A DNA stretch of 64,000 bases from a virus: positions 1 to 64,000 of IMG/VR virus record IMGVR_UViG_3300010396_000002; one strand, 5' to 3'. Positions 1 through 9,372 of the stretch are shown here, in pieces. Every line of letters begins with the position of its first letter. Position 1 is the stretch's first letter. The notes below the pieces were generated by a model. It saw nothing but the letters and a program-made list of their open reading frames with translations. It had not been told where the DNA came from and did no database searches. The translations under genes and the position numbers were made by a program.

Positions 1-464
1 AGCACATAGTGCAGCGACTTCTCGAACTGCACGCCGCGTGCGCCGAGCGCGTAGTTGCGCGGGCCCTGTGGCCACTGCGCGGTGTACCAATACTCGAACC
101 CAGGCGCCTCCGCAGGGTTGAGCTGAGCCGTCGTGAAGCCGTAGAGCTGGGTCACCCCATCCGCGGCGTAGGCCGCCGGCGTGATCCAGCTCACGGTGAT
201 CTCGGGGTCGCCGTTCGTCCCTTCGATGTGCGGTGGCTGGACAGAGCCACCAGGGCCGGGCGGGAAGACGTGCCCGATCACGAGGTCAGGCAGCGGCGCT
301 GCTACACCCGTCCCGATGCGATGCCCCCCGTCTGCCGCGGTCCAGAGCTGGGAGCGAAGCACCAGGGGTACTTGGTGCATCCCCACGAACCCCACGAACC
401 CCCGCAAGATGGCGAGCATGGGGCGGAGGATCGGGGGGAGCAGCCCACGGGGCGGCTCCGCCAT
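1..464 (-). CDS. Putative virion (head-closure/tail-completion region) protein, runs off left edge
   Basis: ATG at 464 with GGAG RBS; open frame MAEPPRGLLPPILRP... to the edge; follows structural genes; probable 1-nt indel near 60. Confidence 0.45.
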   Translation of the reverse strand, partial: MAEPPRGLLPPILRPMLAILRGFVGFVGMHQVPLVLRSQLWTAADGGHRIGTGVAAPLPDLVIGHVFPPGPGGSVQPPHIEGTNGDPEITVSWITPAAYAADGVTQLYGFTTAQLNPAEAPGFEYWYTAQWPQGPRNYALGARGVQFEKSLHYV

Positions 465-478
465 CGCTCATCTCCAGG

Positions 479-2338
479 TCAGGGCAGGACGTGGATCAGG
501 CCCGTCGGCGCCGCGTTGTTGATGTGCCCGTTCACGCACGTCGTCAGGTTCGTGGCGAGCGTCTCCGAGGAGCCGAGGTCCGTCGCCGTTGCCGCCGTCG
601 AGGTGTTCACGACGTCGTTCACGATGTGGAGCTGGTTGCCGCTGACCGACTGGCTCAGGTGCGCGTTGAGCGCCGTCTGGCAGGCGTTCAGGAGCGCGTT
701 CGCCTGGCTCTGCGTCGCCGGCTGCGTGACCGCTGCCACCAGCGTGAAGGCCGCACCGGCGGTGAGCCCGAGGCTCGCCAGGATGTCGCTGTCGCCGGAG
801 ACCACGGAGGCGGAAGGCACGGGCTGGCCAGCGCCGGTCGTCGCGTTCGTGACGATCTGCACCTGCCCGCCGACCACCTGAGCGTAGCCGCCGGTGACAT
901 CGGTCGGCAGCGCCGCGGTGATGGCCGCAGCGAAGAGAGCCGCCGTGTTCTCGGTGCCGGCGAAGGAGAAGGAGACCTGCTTCGGCCCCTGGATCGTGTT
1001 GAACTGGAGCGTCAGCTTGTGGGTCGAGTTGACCGCCGCGAACGTGCCGCCCGAGCCGGTGATCTGCGCCGGCAGCTTCATCGACTGCGTGACCGGCAGG
1101 AGCGGCGACAGGGTGGCGTACGAGATCAACGCGGCGTTCGTCGTGTCGGCCGCAACGTGCGCGCCGCCCGAGTGCGGCTGACCCGTGAGCGGCGCGTCGG
1201 CGAACATGACCAGCATGACCGAGCGGATGTTCTCGGCCGCGGTGACGACCTGCGCCAGCGTGGTCGGCGTCGGCGCCGTCACCTGGATGGCCGACGCGAA
1301 GACCGGCGCCTGCGGGTTGGTCGGGATGCTGGTCGAGTTCGGCGTCACGTCGTAGTGCGCGTAGGACGACATACCGGGGGTCAACACGTTGCCGGTCGAC
1401 CCCGCCGTGCCCGCCGTGCCACCGAGCGCTGCGGTGCCGCCCGCGCCGCCCGCTGCCGTGATGCTGCCCGTGCCCGACCGCTGGCGGGCGTAGACCACCA
1501 CGGTGCCACCGCCACCGCCACCGCCACCGCCGGCGTCGTGAGCCGTCGAGACCCCGTTCCCGCCGGCTCCACCGTCCGCGCTGATCTTGCCGTTGTTCAC
1601 GAGGATGTTGGTGGCCATGATGAGGACGCCACCGCCACCGCCGCCACCGCCGCCACCAGCGTCCGCGTTGTCGCCGCCACCGCCGCCACCGCCCGACCCG
1701 CCGCCGAACTGGCTGAAACCAGAGGCCCCGAAGGTGCCGCCCGAGAGCAGGTTGATGAGCCGGCGTGACGTACCCTTGGATGCCGCGAGAGCGGTCCAGG
1801 TGCCCGCGGTACCACCGAGGTCACCGCCCGAAGCCTGGCCACCAGCGCCACCGCGCCCGGTCCCGCCAGGGAAACCCGCCGCCTCGTTGGTGCCGTTGCT
1901 GCCTGCGGCTGCGCCCGACCCGCCCGCGCCGCCCGCAGTCCCGCCGAGCAGCGAGCCGGTGGCGCCCGCCGTGCCGGCCGTGCCGCCGGTGCCCGCAGAG
2001 CCGTTGCCGCCCGCGCCGCCGTTGTTGCTGATCTTGCCCGTGGCCGCGACCGTCGTCGTGCCCTGTACGAAGGGGCCCTCGAAGCCGGCCATGTTGAGCG
2101 TCACGCCGGCGTTGATGGTGAGGCTGGTGAAGTTGAGATCCTTCGCCGCCGTATAGACGCTGCCGGAGGGCACCATGCCAGCCACGGTCGTGGTGCCGTC
2201 GAGCACGGCCGCGCCATCGCTGCCATCGCCGAGGAAGTCGGTCGATGGGTCGCTGCGCGCCGCCTGGCGAAGGTTGGCGTTCATGGCGACGAGCAGCGCG
2301 TAGAGCAGGCCGGGACCGTTCTGGAGGATCATGGGCAT
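479..2338 (-). CDS. Gly-rich virion structural/decoration protein
   Basis: 619 aa; poly-Gly and GGGGG-V-x-x-x-A...G-x-I-x-A-x-GG repeats; Thr/Ala-rich beta-type C-terminus; position in structural module. Confidence 0.6.
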   Translation of the reverse strand: MPMILQNGPGLLYALLVAMNANLRQAARSDPSTDFLGDGSDGAAVLDGTTTVAGMVPSGSVYTAAKDLNFTSLTINAGVTLNMAGFEGPFVQGTTTVAATGKISNNGGAGGNGSAGTGGTAGTAGATGSLLGGTAGGAGGSGAAAGSNGTNEAAGFPGGTGRGGAGGQASGGDLGGTAGTWTALAASKGTSRRLINLLSGGTFGASGFSQFGGGSGGGGGGGDNADAGGGGGGGGGGVLIMATNILVNNGKISADGGAGGNGVSTAHDAGGGGGGGGGTVVVYARQRSGTGSITAAGGAGGTAALGGTAGTAGSTGNVLTPGMSSYAHYDVTPNSTSIPTNPQAPVFASAIQVTAPTPTTLAQVVTAAENIRSVMLVMFADAPLTGQPHSGGAHVAADTTNAALISYATLSPLLPVTQSMKLPAQITGSGGTFAAVNSTHKLTLQFNTIQGPKQVSFSFAGTENTAALFAAAITAALPTDVTGGYAQVVGGQVQIVTNATTGAGQPVPSASVVSGDSDILASLGLTAGAAFTLVAAVTQPATQSQANALLNACQTALNAHLSQSVSGNQLHIVNDVVNTSTAATATDLGSSETLATNLTTCVNGHINNAAPTGLIHVLP

Positions 2339-2362
2339 GGCGAAAGTCCTGTGGTGATGGCG

Positions 2363-2821
2363 CTACGTGGCGCCGTGCGGGTTCGGGGAACGATCCCGGT
2401 ACATCTGAGAGAACGGCGTGGTGACCGTCGCGCCAAAGGCGTCGACGAGCGGCGAAGCGTCGAGGATGGTGGCCATGCGGAAGATGAGCCGGCGCCCCTC
2501 GGCGCAGAGCATCACGCGACCACGGGCAGGGTCGATCCGCGCCTCGTCGGCCGAGCCCATCATTGCCACCTGCCACTGCATCGTGAGCGCCGACTCGATC
2601 GACATGAGGCCGTTCGGTGGCGCCGTGCCGACGACCGGGTAGGCGAGGAGCCCTAGGAGCCGGCGTACCTCGTTCTCGGTGTCCTGGGTCGGCATGATGC
2701 CGCCCTGCCCGTCGCCGATCATCTGGATGCGGTCGATCTGCGAGTCGTAGCGCGGCTCGGTATGACCCGGCGGCCACCCCATGTACGCCCTGATGGCGAC
2801 GCGCTCCGGCTCGGTGATCAT
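2363..2821 (-). CDS. Putative head-tail connector protein
   Basis: 152 aa, starts ITEPERVAIRAYMGW, helical, two genes downstream of capsid gene. Confidence 0.5.
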   Translation of the reverse strand: MITEPERVAIRAYMGWPPGHTEPRYDSQIDRIQMIGDGQGGIMPTQDTENEVRRLLGLLAYPVVGTAPPNGLMSIESALTMQWQVAMMGSADEARIDPARGRVMLCAEGRRLIFRMATILDASPLVDAFGATVTTPFSQMYRDRSPNPHGAT

Positions 2822-2876
2822 GTCGACGACGGGCCCTCTTCAGGCGGTACTGATGACGGGTCGGAGAGCCCCTCGG

Positions 2877-3494
2877 CTACTCGGCGCCGCCCGCGCCGGC
2901 GGGCACTCCTTTTGGGCCCGCCGTCTTCTTCTCCGGCTGAGCCGGAGCGGCCGGGGGCATGGCAGTCTGCGCCTCGATCTTCTCGAGCCTGGCCAGGAGC
3001 GCGGCCATGGTCTTCTCCTGCTCCGCCGTCTTGGCCTTCAGGGCTGCGTTCTCGATTTCGAGCGCGGAGGGCTCGGGCTTCGACTGCGCCTTGAGCTGGG
3101 CCTCCAGCTCCGCTTGCTTCGCGAGAAGGACCGCCATTGCGTCGACCTTGCCGCCGGCGGTCACGCCGGTCTCGAGCATGATCTTGCGCTCCATGTCGCC
3201 GAGCGCCGAGGCGCGGGCCAGCGCCTCGGCGATCGGGAGCTTCTCCGCGCCCACCTTGGTGAGCTGCGGCGCGATGCCGCCGACGATCTGCCCGCCGCGC
3301 CGCGTCTGGATCGCGTTGTCGTAGATCGACAGGAGCGGCCGCTCCTCCTTCGGCTTGAAGGTGAGCCGATAGTCGCGACCAGGCCCCATGAAGAGGCGCA
3401 CGACCAGATCGTGATCGGTATCGTTCCGCCAGAGCGTGAACTCGAAGTCGGCGGGCATCCCCGGCATTCCGGGCATTGCGGGCGTTTGCATCAT
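2877..3494 (-). CDS. Hypothetical protein with coiled-coil C-terminus
   Basis: AGGAG RBS, good codon bias, directly downstream of capsid gene. Confidence 0.6.
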   Translation of the reverse strand: MMQTPAMPGMPGMPADFEFTLWRNDTDHDLVVRLFMGPGRDYRLTFKPKEERPLLSIYDNAIQTRRGGQIVGGIAPQLTKVGAEKLPIAEALARASALGDMERKIMLETGVTAGGKVDAMAVLLAKQAELEAQLKAQSKPEPSALEIENAALKAKTAEQEKTMAALLARLEKIEAQTAMPPAAPAQPEKKTAGPKGVPAGAGGAE

Positions 3495-3564
3495 GAGAGG
3501 AGGCTCCTGGGCCAGGTGCTCCTAGCCCCGTCAGTTGAGTCGCGCGCGAATCGGCGCCCCTCGG

Positions 3565-4611
3565 TCACGACTCCGAGATGTCGGAGATGATCGCGACCGC
3601 GTTGGGGCGCTTCACGCGGAGCTGCACGTAGGTGTAGACGTTGTACTTCAGGTTGTTGCCGGTCTGGGCGAGCGGCTGGACGACGATGGGCAGCGTGTAC
3701 TGCCGCTTGAGGTCGAGGCCCATGCGCTGCACGTAGGGGTTCGTCGGCACGCTGGCGACGGGGATGAGCGTGCGCGGGAACACGAGCTCGACCTCGGCCG
3801 TGTTGAACATGAAGAGCAGGCCGGACGGCGCACGCGCGGACCGGACGATCGGCATGTTCGACCAGAAGAGGTCGTTGGTGCCCATCGAGAGCACGGTGGG
3901 CATGGTTCCCGGCGTCATCACGCGCTGGATCGGCGTGAAGAGCCCGGCGTACTTGCGATGCACGTTCGCCGTCGTGAGGATCATGTTCGGCGGGTTGCCG
4001 CCGGCGTTGAAGATCGCGACCTCCGCCTGGCGGAGCAGGTCGTCGGTGAGCGGCCGCGCCACGCCCGAGTTGCCGATCACGTTGCCGGCCCACTGCGAGT
4101 AGGTGCCGCGGTCCAGGCCGGCATACGTGCCCGTGGCGAGCGCCGCGCCACCGTCGAAGCCGACGATGTTCGGGTTGCCAGAGATCGAGTCGGTGCCCGT
4201 ACCGACGTACAGGTCGATGGCGATCTGCTTCGTGATCTGAAGCAGCGAGTCACGGAGCTCGACGTCGACGAGCTGGCGGAGCTCGTCGGGCGAGCCGGTG
4301 GCGTCCGCAGCGAGGATCGCTGCCAGGTCGCTGATCTCGGCCGGGCTCCGGTAGTTGCCGAAGTTGAGGACGGCCGAGGTCTTGGTGGTCTTGTTGTACT
4401 CCGAGGTCTGAACGTCGGAGCCCTCGGCGAAGTACGTCACGGCCTTCGTGCCATCGAAGCGCACGCCCCACGCCACGTTCTTGCCCGAGTCGTTGGGCAC
4501 GACCGGGATGGCGCCAAGCTCGATCGCGTCCATGTTGCGCTGATCGGCGAGCAGCGCCGTGTAAATCTGGGACAGCGTTGCGGTGATCGTGGAAAACGTC
4601 TCGAAGGCCAT
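3565..4611 (-). CDS. Major capsid protein (HK97 fold)
   Basis: 348 aa; FAEGSD, YVGTGT...IVGFDG, PPNMILTT, C-terminal LAQTGNNLKYNVYTYVQLRVKRPNAVAIISDI; follows scaffold. Confidence 0.85.
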   Translation of the reverse strand: MAFETFSTITATLSQIYTALLADQRNMDAIELGAIPVVPNDSGKNVAWGVRFDGTKAVTYFAEGSDVQTSEYNKTTKTSAVLNFGNYRSPAEISDLAAILAADATGSPDELRQLVDVELRDSLLQITKQIAIDLYVGTGTDSISGNPNIVGFDGGAALATGTYAGLDRGTYSQWAGNVIGNSGVARPLTDDLLRQAEVAIFNAGGNPPNMILTTANVHRKYAGLFTPIQRVMTPGTMPTVLSMGTNDLFWSNMPIVRSARAPSGLLFMFNTAEVELVFPRTLIPVASVPTNPYVQRMGLDLKRQYTLPIVVQPLAQTGNNLKYNVYTYVQLRVKRPNAVAIISDISES

Positions 4612-4649
4612 GCTGGCTCCTGTCGTGCGCCGTCAGGCGCGGCTGTGGG

Positions 4650-5543
4650 TCATTCCCCGGGCAGGCCGCCGCCGAGGCGCAACGTTGCGCTGACGGCGTC
4701 CGTCACGTCCTGTTCCCAGGGCCTGGATCCGTTGTTCATGTTGCTGCCGCCGCTCGGACGGCTTCCTCCGCCGCCCGGCTTGCGAGCGGGGATGAAGTGC
4801 TTGGCCTGAGCGGTATCCCGCCACTGCTTCAGGCCCGTAGCGAGATCCTGCTCCTCCTGCTCGTCGCCCTCGCCGGTGACGAAGACCAGGGCCGTGCCCT
4901 TGCCGTTGTCGGAGTAGCGGACGCGCCCTTTGCGCATGAGATGGTCGAAGGCCAGCTCGGCGGAGGTGCCCGCAGGGATCCCGACGTACTCGGTGAGCGC
5001 CTCGAGCGTCCTCTTCTCGAGGGACTGGGCGCGCGACTCCTGCTCCGCCTTCTCGCGGGCCTTCTGCTCCGCGTCGGCGCGCTTCTGGAGGCCGTCGGCC
5101 TTCTTCTTCGCCTCTTCCGCCTCCTTCTTGAGGGCGGCCTGCTCCTGCTCGAACTGCTTCAGGCGCTGCATGAAAGGATGGTTGTCGGGCAGATCCGGGA
5201 TGGTCTCGGCGGCGACCGCTCCCGCGCCGCCTCCCTGCGGTTTGGCCGCGCCGCCACCGCCAGCGATCAGCTCCTTGACGCGCGCCTCGTAGGTCTGGAG
5301 GCTCTCGCCGCTCTTCTTCTCGACGTCGGCGAAGATGCTCTCGCGAAGCTTGGCCTCGCGCTCCTCCATCTCCTTCGCGAAGCTGGTTTTGAGCTCCTTC
5401 GCGCGCCCCGTGAACGCCTTGTTGAGCCAGGCGTTGGCCGCCTCCTCCGACTCGAAGGTGAAGGGCTTCGCCTCTCCGCCTCCGCCTTCCTTGTTGGCCT
5501 TCGCCGCGAGCTCTGCCGGGGTCGGCGTCTTCGTATCTGCCAT
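4650..5543 (-). CDS. Capsid scaffolding protein
   Basis: 297 aa, charged coiled coil, C-terminal HFIPARKPGGGGS, immediately upstream of capsid gene. Confidence 0.75.
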   Translation of the reverse strand: MADTKTPTPAELAAKANKEGGGGEAKPFTFESEEAANAWLNKAFTGRAKELKTSFAKEMEEREAKLRESIFADVEKKSGESLQTYEARVKELIAGGGGAAKPQGGGAGAVAAETIPDLPDNHPFMQRLKQFEQEQAALKKEAEEAKKKADGLQKRADAEQKAREKAEQESRAQSLEKRTLEALTEYVGIPAGTSAELAFDHLMRKGRVRYSDNGKGTALVFVTGEGDEQEEQDLATGLKQWRDTAQAKHFIPARKPGGGGSRPSGGSNMNNGSRPWEQDVTDAVSATLRLGGGLPGE

Positions 5544-5673
5544 GTGTCACCTGTTGCGCGTAGGGCCGCAACCGCCCTGTCCGTGAGGGTGGATCCCTGT
5601 CCACGATCGGCGTGGATGCCGTGCTCTCGGTGCTGCGTGCCGGTCCGTCGAGCCGTTTCGGCCCGGCAAAGTC

Positions 5674-6264
5674 TCAGTCGTCGCCGCTGGTGCCGCCGCC
5701 CATCAGCTTGTAGACGTGCATCACGACGGCGTATGGCTCGTCGTACTCGTCCCAGTGCGGCATCACCGCTTCCTTGGCTCGCTCCCAGGTGTCCTCGTCG
5801 TCGATGAACGAGGGCGGGTTGTCGTCCCGGTCCGCGTTCTTTGGGTCCTTGTCGACCCATGCCTGCTCGTGCGGGGCGAGCGGAGGGAGCGCGTCCTCGT
5901 CGACCTGTGGCGCTGGCGGCGGGGGAGGGACGCTGCCACCGCTCGAGGACTCGATGCGCGACAGGCCGCCCTTCTGAGCGTTGTGCATGTCCATCCAAGG
6001 GCCTTCCTTGGTGGGCACGTCGAGCACGAAGCCGATCGGGTCGCGGCCGAGCTGCTCATCGGCAAGCACGCGATGATGCCCGTCGGCGACGTGATGCACA
6101 CCATCTGGTGTCTGAACGAAGACGCTCGGCTTGAGCTCGCCGCCTCCTTGCACCGTCCTCACGAAGTGAGCGACACGGTCTGGCTCCGCCGTAGCGGTCC
6201 ACTTCGCACGGCCCGACATGTCGATCTCGTCGAACGGGACGACCTTGGGTCCTCTCCAGCCCAT
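5674..6264 (-). CDS. ParB/Srx-like domain protein with small helical C-terminal domain; possibly C-terminal half of a fusion with 6264-6944
   Basis: VPFDEID...LKPSVFVQ...HVADGHHRVLA ParB-N motif; C-terminal DEDTWERAK...YAVVMHVYKLMGG; TGATG overlap with upstream gene. Confidence 0.65.
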   Translation of the reverse strand: MGWRGPKVVPFDEIDMSGRAKWTATAEPDRVAHFVRTVQGGGELKPSVFVQTPDGVHHVADGHHRVLADEQLGRDPIGFVLDVPTKEGPWMDMHNAQKGGLSRIESSSGGSVPPPPPAPQVDEDALPPLAPHEQAWVDKDPKNADRDDNPPSFIDDEDTWERAKEAVMPHWDEYDEPYAVVMHVYKLMGGGTSGDD

Positions 6265-6944
6265 CAGACCCTCAGCGTCCCGTCGGCGTCGGTGGTGATC
6301 TCGGAGGCGTCGGTCCCGAACCGCGACGCGCGCGCAGCCTGCGAGGCTGCCTGCGCCGCGCCCATCGGATCGCTCCGAACCCAGGCGAGCGCCTCGGACG
6401 GGAAGTCCTCCTCGAGCTGGGCATAGACGCGCTCGGTGACCTCGGAGGATGTCGGAAGGCCAGCGCCGACCTTCCAGGACCAGACCGCGAGCGCCTGCTG
6501 GACGTTCATCACCTCGTTGGCGAGGGTGTGCGCCTTGACGCTCTCGAGCGCCTCGATCGCGTCGCCGCAGAAGCCCATCACCTGGTCGATGCGGTTGCAC
6601 ACCAGGTAGCCGAGCACGGGGAAGGTGAGAATCCCCTTCGGCCACGGCCGGAGACGGGTGCCCTGGGCGAGTTCCTCGACGGAGCCCGAGGACTCGGCCC
6701 CGAGCGCCTCCACCATCTCGGTGACCTTGTCGGCCTGGTCGACGAGGTCGTGGTACACGTCGTCGAGCAGCTTGTGGTTCGCCACCGCGTCGCACGAGCG
6801 CACGTTGTGATGCGCGCGCGTAACGCCGAGCTGGAGCGCTTGGAGATCGATCCCGAGCTGGTCCAGCACCGCGACCGCCTGCCGGCGTGCGTCGTCGCCG
6901 AGGTACGACCAAGGCGATGGGCGGAGAGGGGAGATGATCGGCAT
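6264..6944 (-). CDS. Dps/ferritin-like domain protein
   Basis: H-x11-H-x3-D-x10-D-x3-E (HHNVRSCDAVANHKLLDDVYHDLVDQADKVTE), the Dps ferroxidase spacing. Confidence 0.75.
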   Translation of the reverse strand: MPIISPLRPSPWSYLGDDARRQAVAVLDQLGIDLQALQLGVTRAHHNVRSCDAVANHKLLDDVYHDLVDQADKVTEMVEALGAESSGSVEELAQGTRLRPWPKGILTFPVLGYLVCNRIDQVMGFCGDAIEALESVKAHTLANEVMNVQQALAVWSWKVGAGLPTSSEVTERVYAQLEEDFPSEALAWVRSDPMGAAQAASQAARASRFGTDASEITTDADGTLRV

Positions 6945-6953
6945 CGGTCAGGG

Positions 6954-8786
6954 TCAGGCTGCGGCTTGCTTCGCGGGAGGCTGAGGCGGCTGCGGAGGCG
7001 TCTTCGCGCCAGGCGGAGGTGGGGGGGGCGCAGCGGGCGCCTTCGCCTTCCCAGGTGGAACGGGCGGTGCCGGAGGCGTTGGGGGCTTCGGGCCCGCCGG
7101 CGGGGTTGGTGCGCCACCGGGCGGAGGCTGCTGCGCGAGCGCCGCGGCGGCTGCCGTTGCGGCTGCGGCGTCCGCCTCAGCCTTCTCGATCGCGGCCACG
7201 GTCTCTGCGCGGACCTGGGCCTGCGTCTCCGGGGTGAGTCCGGGGAGCAGCTTCAGGTAGGCGCGCATCACGAACTCGACCTTGGCAGTCTTCGAGAAGA
7301 ACGTGATGCCGACGCCAGGGCCCGGCATCGCCGGCAGCGCGCGAATGAGCTCGTCGATGACGGAAGCGCGGTCCTCCTCCGGGTCGAACGAGTCGAGGCC
7401 GTGGACGACCCACTTCACGTCCTCCTCGCGCGCGGTCGAGAGGATCGTGTAGATGCGCCGCGCCGCGTCCCGGAAGATAGCGCCGAGCGCCTTCAGGACC
7501 ACGCAGAAGTCGCCGTTGTCCTCGGCCTTGCTCTCGCCGCTCCGCCCGAGCGCCGTGCTGGTGTTCGAGATCGACGAGGCCATGCGCCCGGAGCACCGGA
7601 AGATTTCGTCGACGAGATCCTTGAGCTGGCCATCGACGACCGTGAAGGCATCGGTCGGCGGACTGATGAACCGGAGGTCATCCCCCGCCACCATGGCCTT
7701 CCAGCCCTTGGACTCGTAGTCCTTCTTCGGGTCGTTGCCACGGGTCGGGTCCTCGGCTTGCTGCGCGGGGATGGGCCCCTGGAAGGCTCCCGTCTGCGGG
7801 CCCAGGAAGGCTACGGGCAGGACGAAGAGCGCCTTGATCTGGCTCGCGAGCAGGCAGGATCGGCGCTGCCAGAGCTCCCGGCACATCGGTCCGATCACGT
7901 TCCCGATCCAGAGCGGCTTCGGAAGCTTGATCTCGACGATTGGGATCTCGGCGAACGTCGTCTCTACGGGCCCCTCCTTGACCGGCACGTCGGCGTCGGC
8001 GTTCGGTGGCCCCTTCTTCTCATCGATCTCGATCTCGTACAGCGACCAGGAGACCTTGCCGGTCTCCGGGTCGCGCACCCAGATGCGATACTCCTCGAAC
8101 GTCTTGGCCGGCTCCTCCGGAGTCGGGTGCCGCACCACGGTGCGCTTGACGATGCACCAGGCGAACTTGCCGACCGAGAAGCGCACCCGGAGCGGCTGGC
8201 CATTGCTGTCGTTGCCGAGGTCCGCCGCCCTCGTGAACTGCGACGCATACTCCCACGAGGTCAGCTCCTCGACGGGCATCTCGTAGACGTACGGCTGGTC
8301 GACGCCAGACGCGTCGGAGTCGGCGCGTGTGCCCTCGTCACCGGCCGGCGGGAAGTCACAGGCGACGAGTGCTTTGCCCTTCACCAGCGCGGTCGTGAAG
8401 GCCTGCTGGAGCACGCCGGGGAACGCGCACCCCTGAAGGTCGGCGTCCTTGGCGAAGCCCTGCCAGACGTCGGGCTCTGGCAGCGTGCCAGGGGTGTTCG
8501 GATCGTCGGCGTCGCCGGCTGGAACCACCGTCAGCGGCTGCGCGAACGCGGCCGCCGAGTACATGTTGACGATCTGCCCGAAGTATCCGGGATAGCTCGC
8601 GATGGCGAGCCGGTCGTTGTACCGCTTGCCGTTCTCACCATCGACCTGCGGTAGATACTCCTTCGCCTTCTCGAGGATCTGGAATCCGCCCTGGTACAGG
8701 TCGTCGCAGACCGACCACGTCGCCGCGTCGTACCCACGATCCGTCTTCGTGGCGGCCGTCGTGGCTGCGAGCAGCTTGTATTTCAT
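6954..8786 (-). CDS. Portal protein
   Basis: Probable start MKYKLL at 8786; YLPQVDGE...YNDRL..ASY, IPIVEI, DLRFISP, RSGESKAED motifs; Pro-rich tail; upstream of scaffold/capsid. Confidence 0.85.
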   Translation of the reverse strand: MKYKLLAATTAATKTDRGYDAATWSVCDDLYQGGFQILEKAKEYLPQVDGENGKRYNDRLAIASYPGYFGQIVNMYSAAAFAQPLTVVPAGDADDPNTPGTLPEPDVWQGFAKDADLQGCAFPGVLQQAFTTALVKGKALVACDFPPAGDEGTRADSDASGVDQPYVYEMPVEELTSWEYASQFTRAADLGNDSNGQPLRVRFSVGKFAWCIVKRTVVRHPTPEEPAKTFEEYRIWVRDPETGKVSWSLYEIEIDEKKGPPNADADVPVKEGPVETTFAEIPIVEIKLPKPLWIGNVIGPMCRELWQRRSCLLASQIKALFVLPVAFLGPQTGAFQGPIPAQQAEDPTRGNDPKKDYESKGWKAMVAGDDLRFISPPTDAFTVVDGQLKDLVDEIFRCSGRMASSISNTSTALGRSGESKAEDNGDFCVVLKALGAIFRDAARRIYTILSTAREEDVKWVVHGLDSFDPEEDRASVIDELIRALPAMPGPGVGITFFSKTAKVEFVMRAYLKLLPGLTPETQAQVRAETVAAIEKAEADAAAATAAAAALAQQPPPGGAPTPPAGPKPPTPPAPPVPPGKAKAPAAPPPPPPGAKTPPQPPQPPAKQAAA

Positions 8787-9093
8787 GGGCGGTCGGAAGA
8801 GGGTGGGTAGGGCAAGCCGGGCTGTCTCCAGCCCGTGGTGCGATGGGGCGTCGCTGGAACTCGCGTCTGACCCACGGTGCAGCGACGCTCGCTGGGCGCT
8901 CGTCTGCCGCGCCCGAGAAATCGCACGGTTTTCGGGCAGATCCTTGTCGTTTCTTGTCGGATCGACAGGCGCAAGATCCGCTGGGTCCGAGGCTCGACGC
9001 GACCGTGCACGCGCGTCTCGCGTCGCCGATCCGCGGCATGTCGTGCTACCGTGCCCTCGGACGATGGGGCGCCGCTGGCGCCGAGGAGCGTGC

Positions 9094-9372
9094 ATGGCCA
9101 GGCCGATCGGGTTCCGCGAAGGGGTTCAAGCCGTTCTCGATGCGAGGGACATGACGCGCGCCGATCTCGCCAAGCGCATGGGCGTCTCCGCTGCCCGCGT
9201 GACCCAAGCCCTCGCCCCCGATGCGAACCCAACGATCGCGACCATGGCAGCAATCTCCTCGGCGCTGGATCTCGAGGTGCACGTGCTCCTCCTCCGGCGT
9301 CGCGGGTCATGCCTGCTCGGTTCGTGGGACCCGAGCCCCGCTCGCGAGCCAGCGCTCGGCCTTGCCGCGTGA
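9094..9372 (+). CDS. XRE-family HTH transcriptional regulator
   Basis: MTRADLAKRMGVSAARVTQ...NPTIATMAAISSALD; GAGGAG RBS. Confidence 0.8.
   Translation: MARPIGFREGVQAVLDARDMTRADLAKRMGVSAARVTQALAPDANPTIATMAAISSALDLEVHVLLLRRRGSCLLGSWDPSPAREPALGLAA

Noticed and set aside
1380-2030. GCC/ACC tandem repeats as a separate repeat element
   Set aside because: Explained by poly-Gly coding on the minus strand
3565-4611. Encapsulin shell rather than phage capsid
   Set aside because: Portal, scaffold, connector and terminase genes are present
6264-6290. Encapsulin targeting peptide at Dps C-terminus (DGTLRV)
   Set aside because: Only weak resemblance to GSL-type peptides and may be an out-of-frame artefact of an indel
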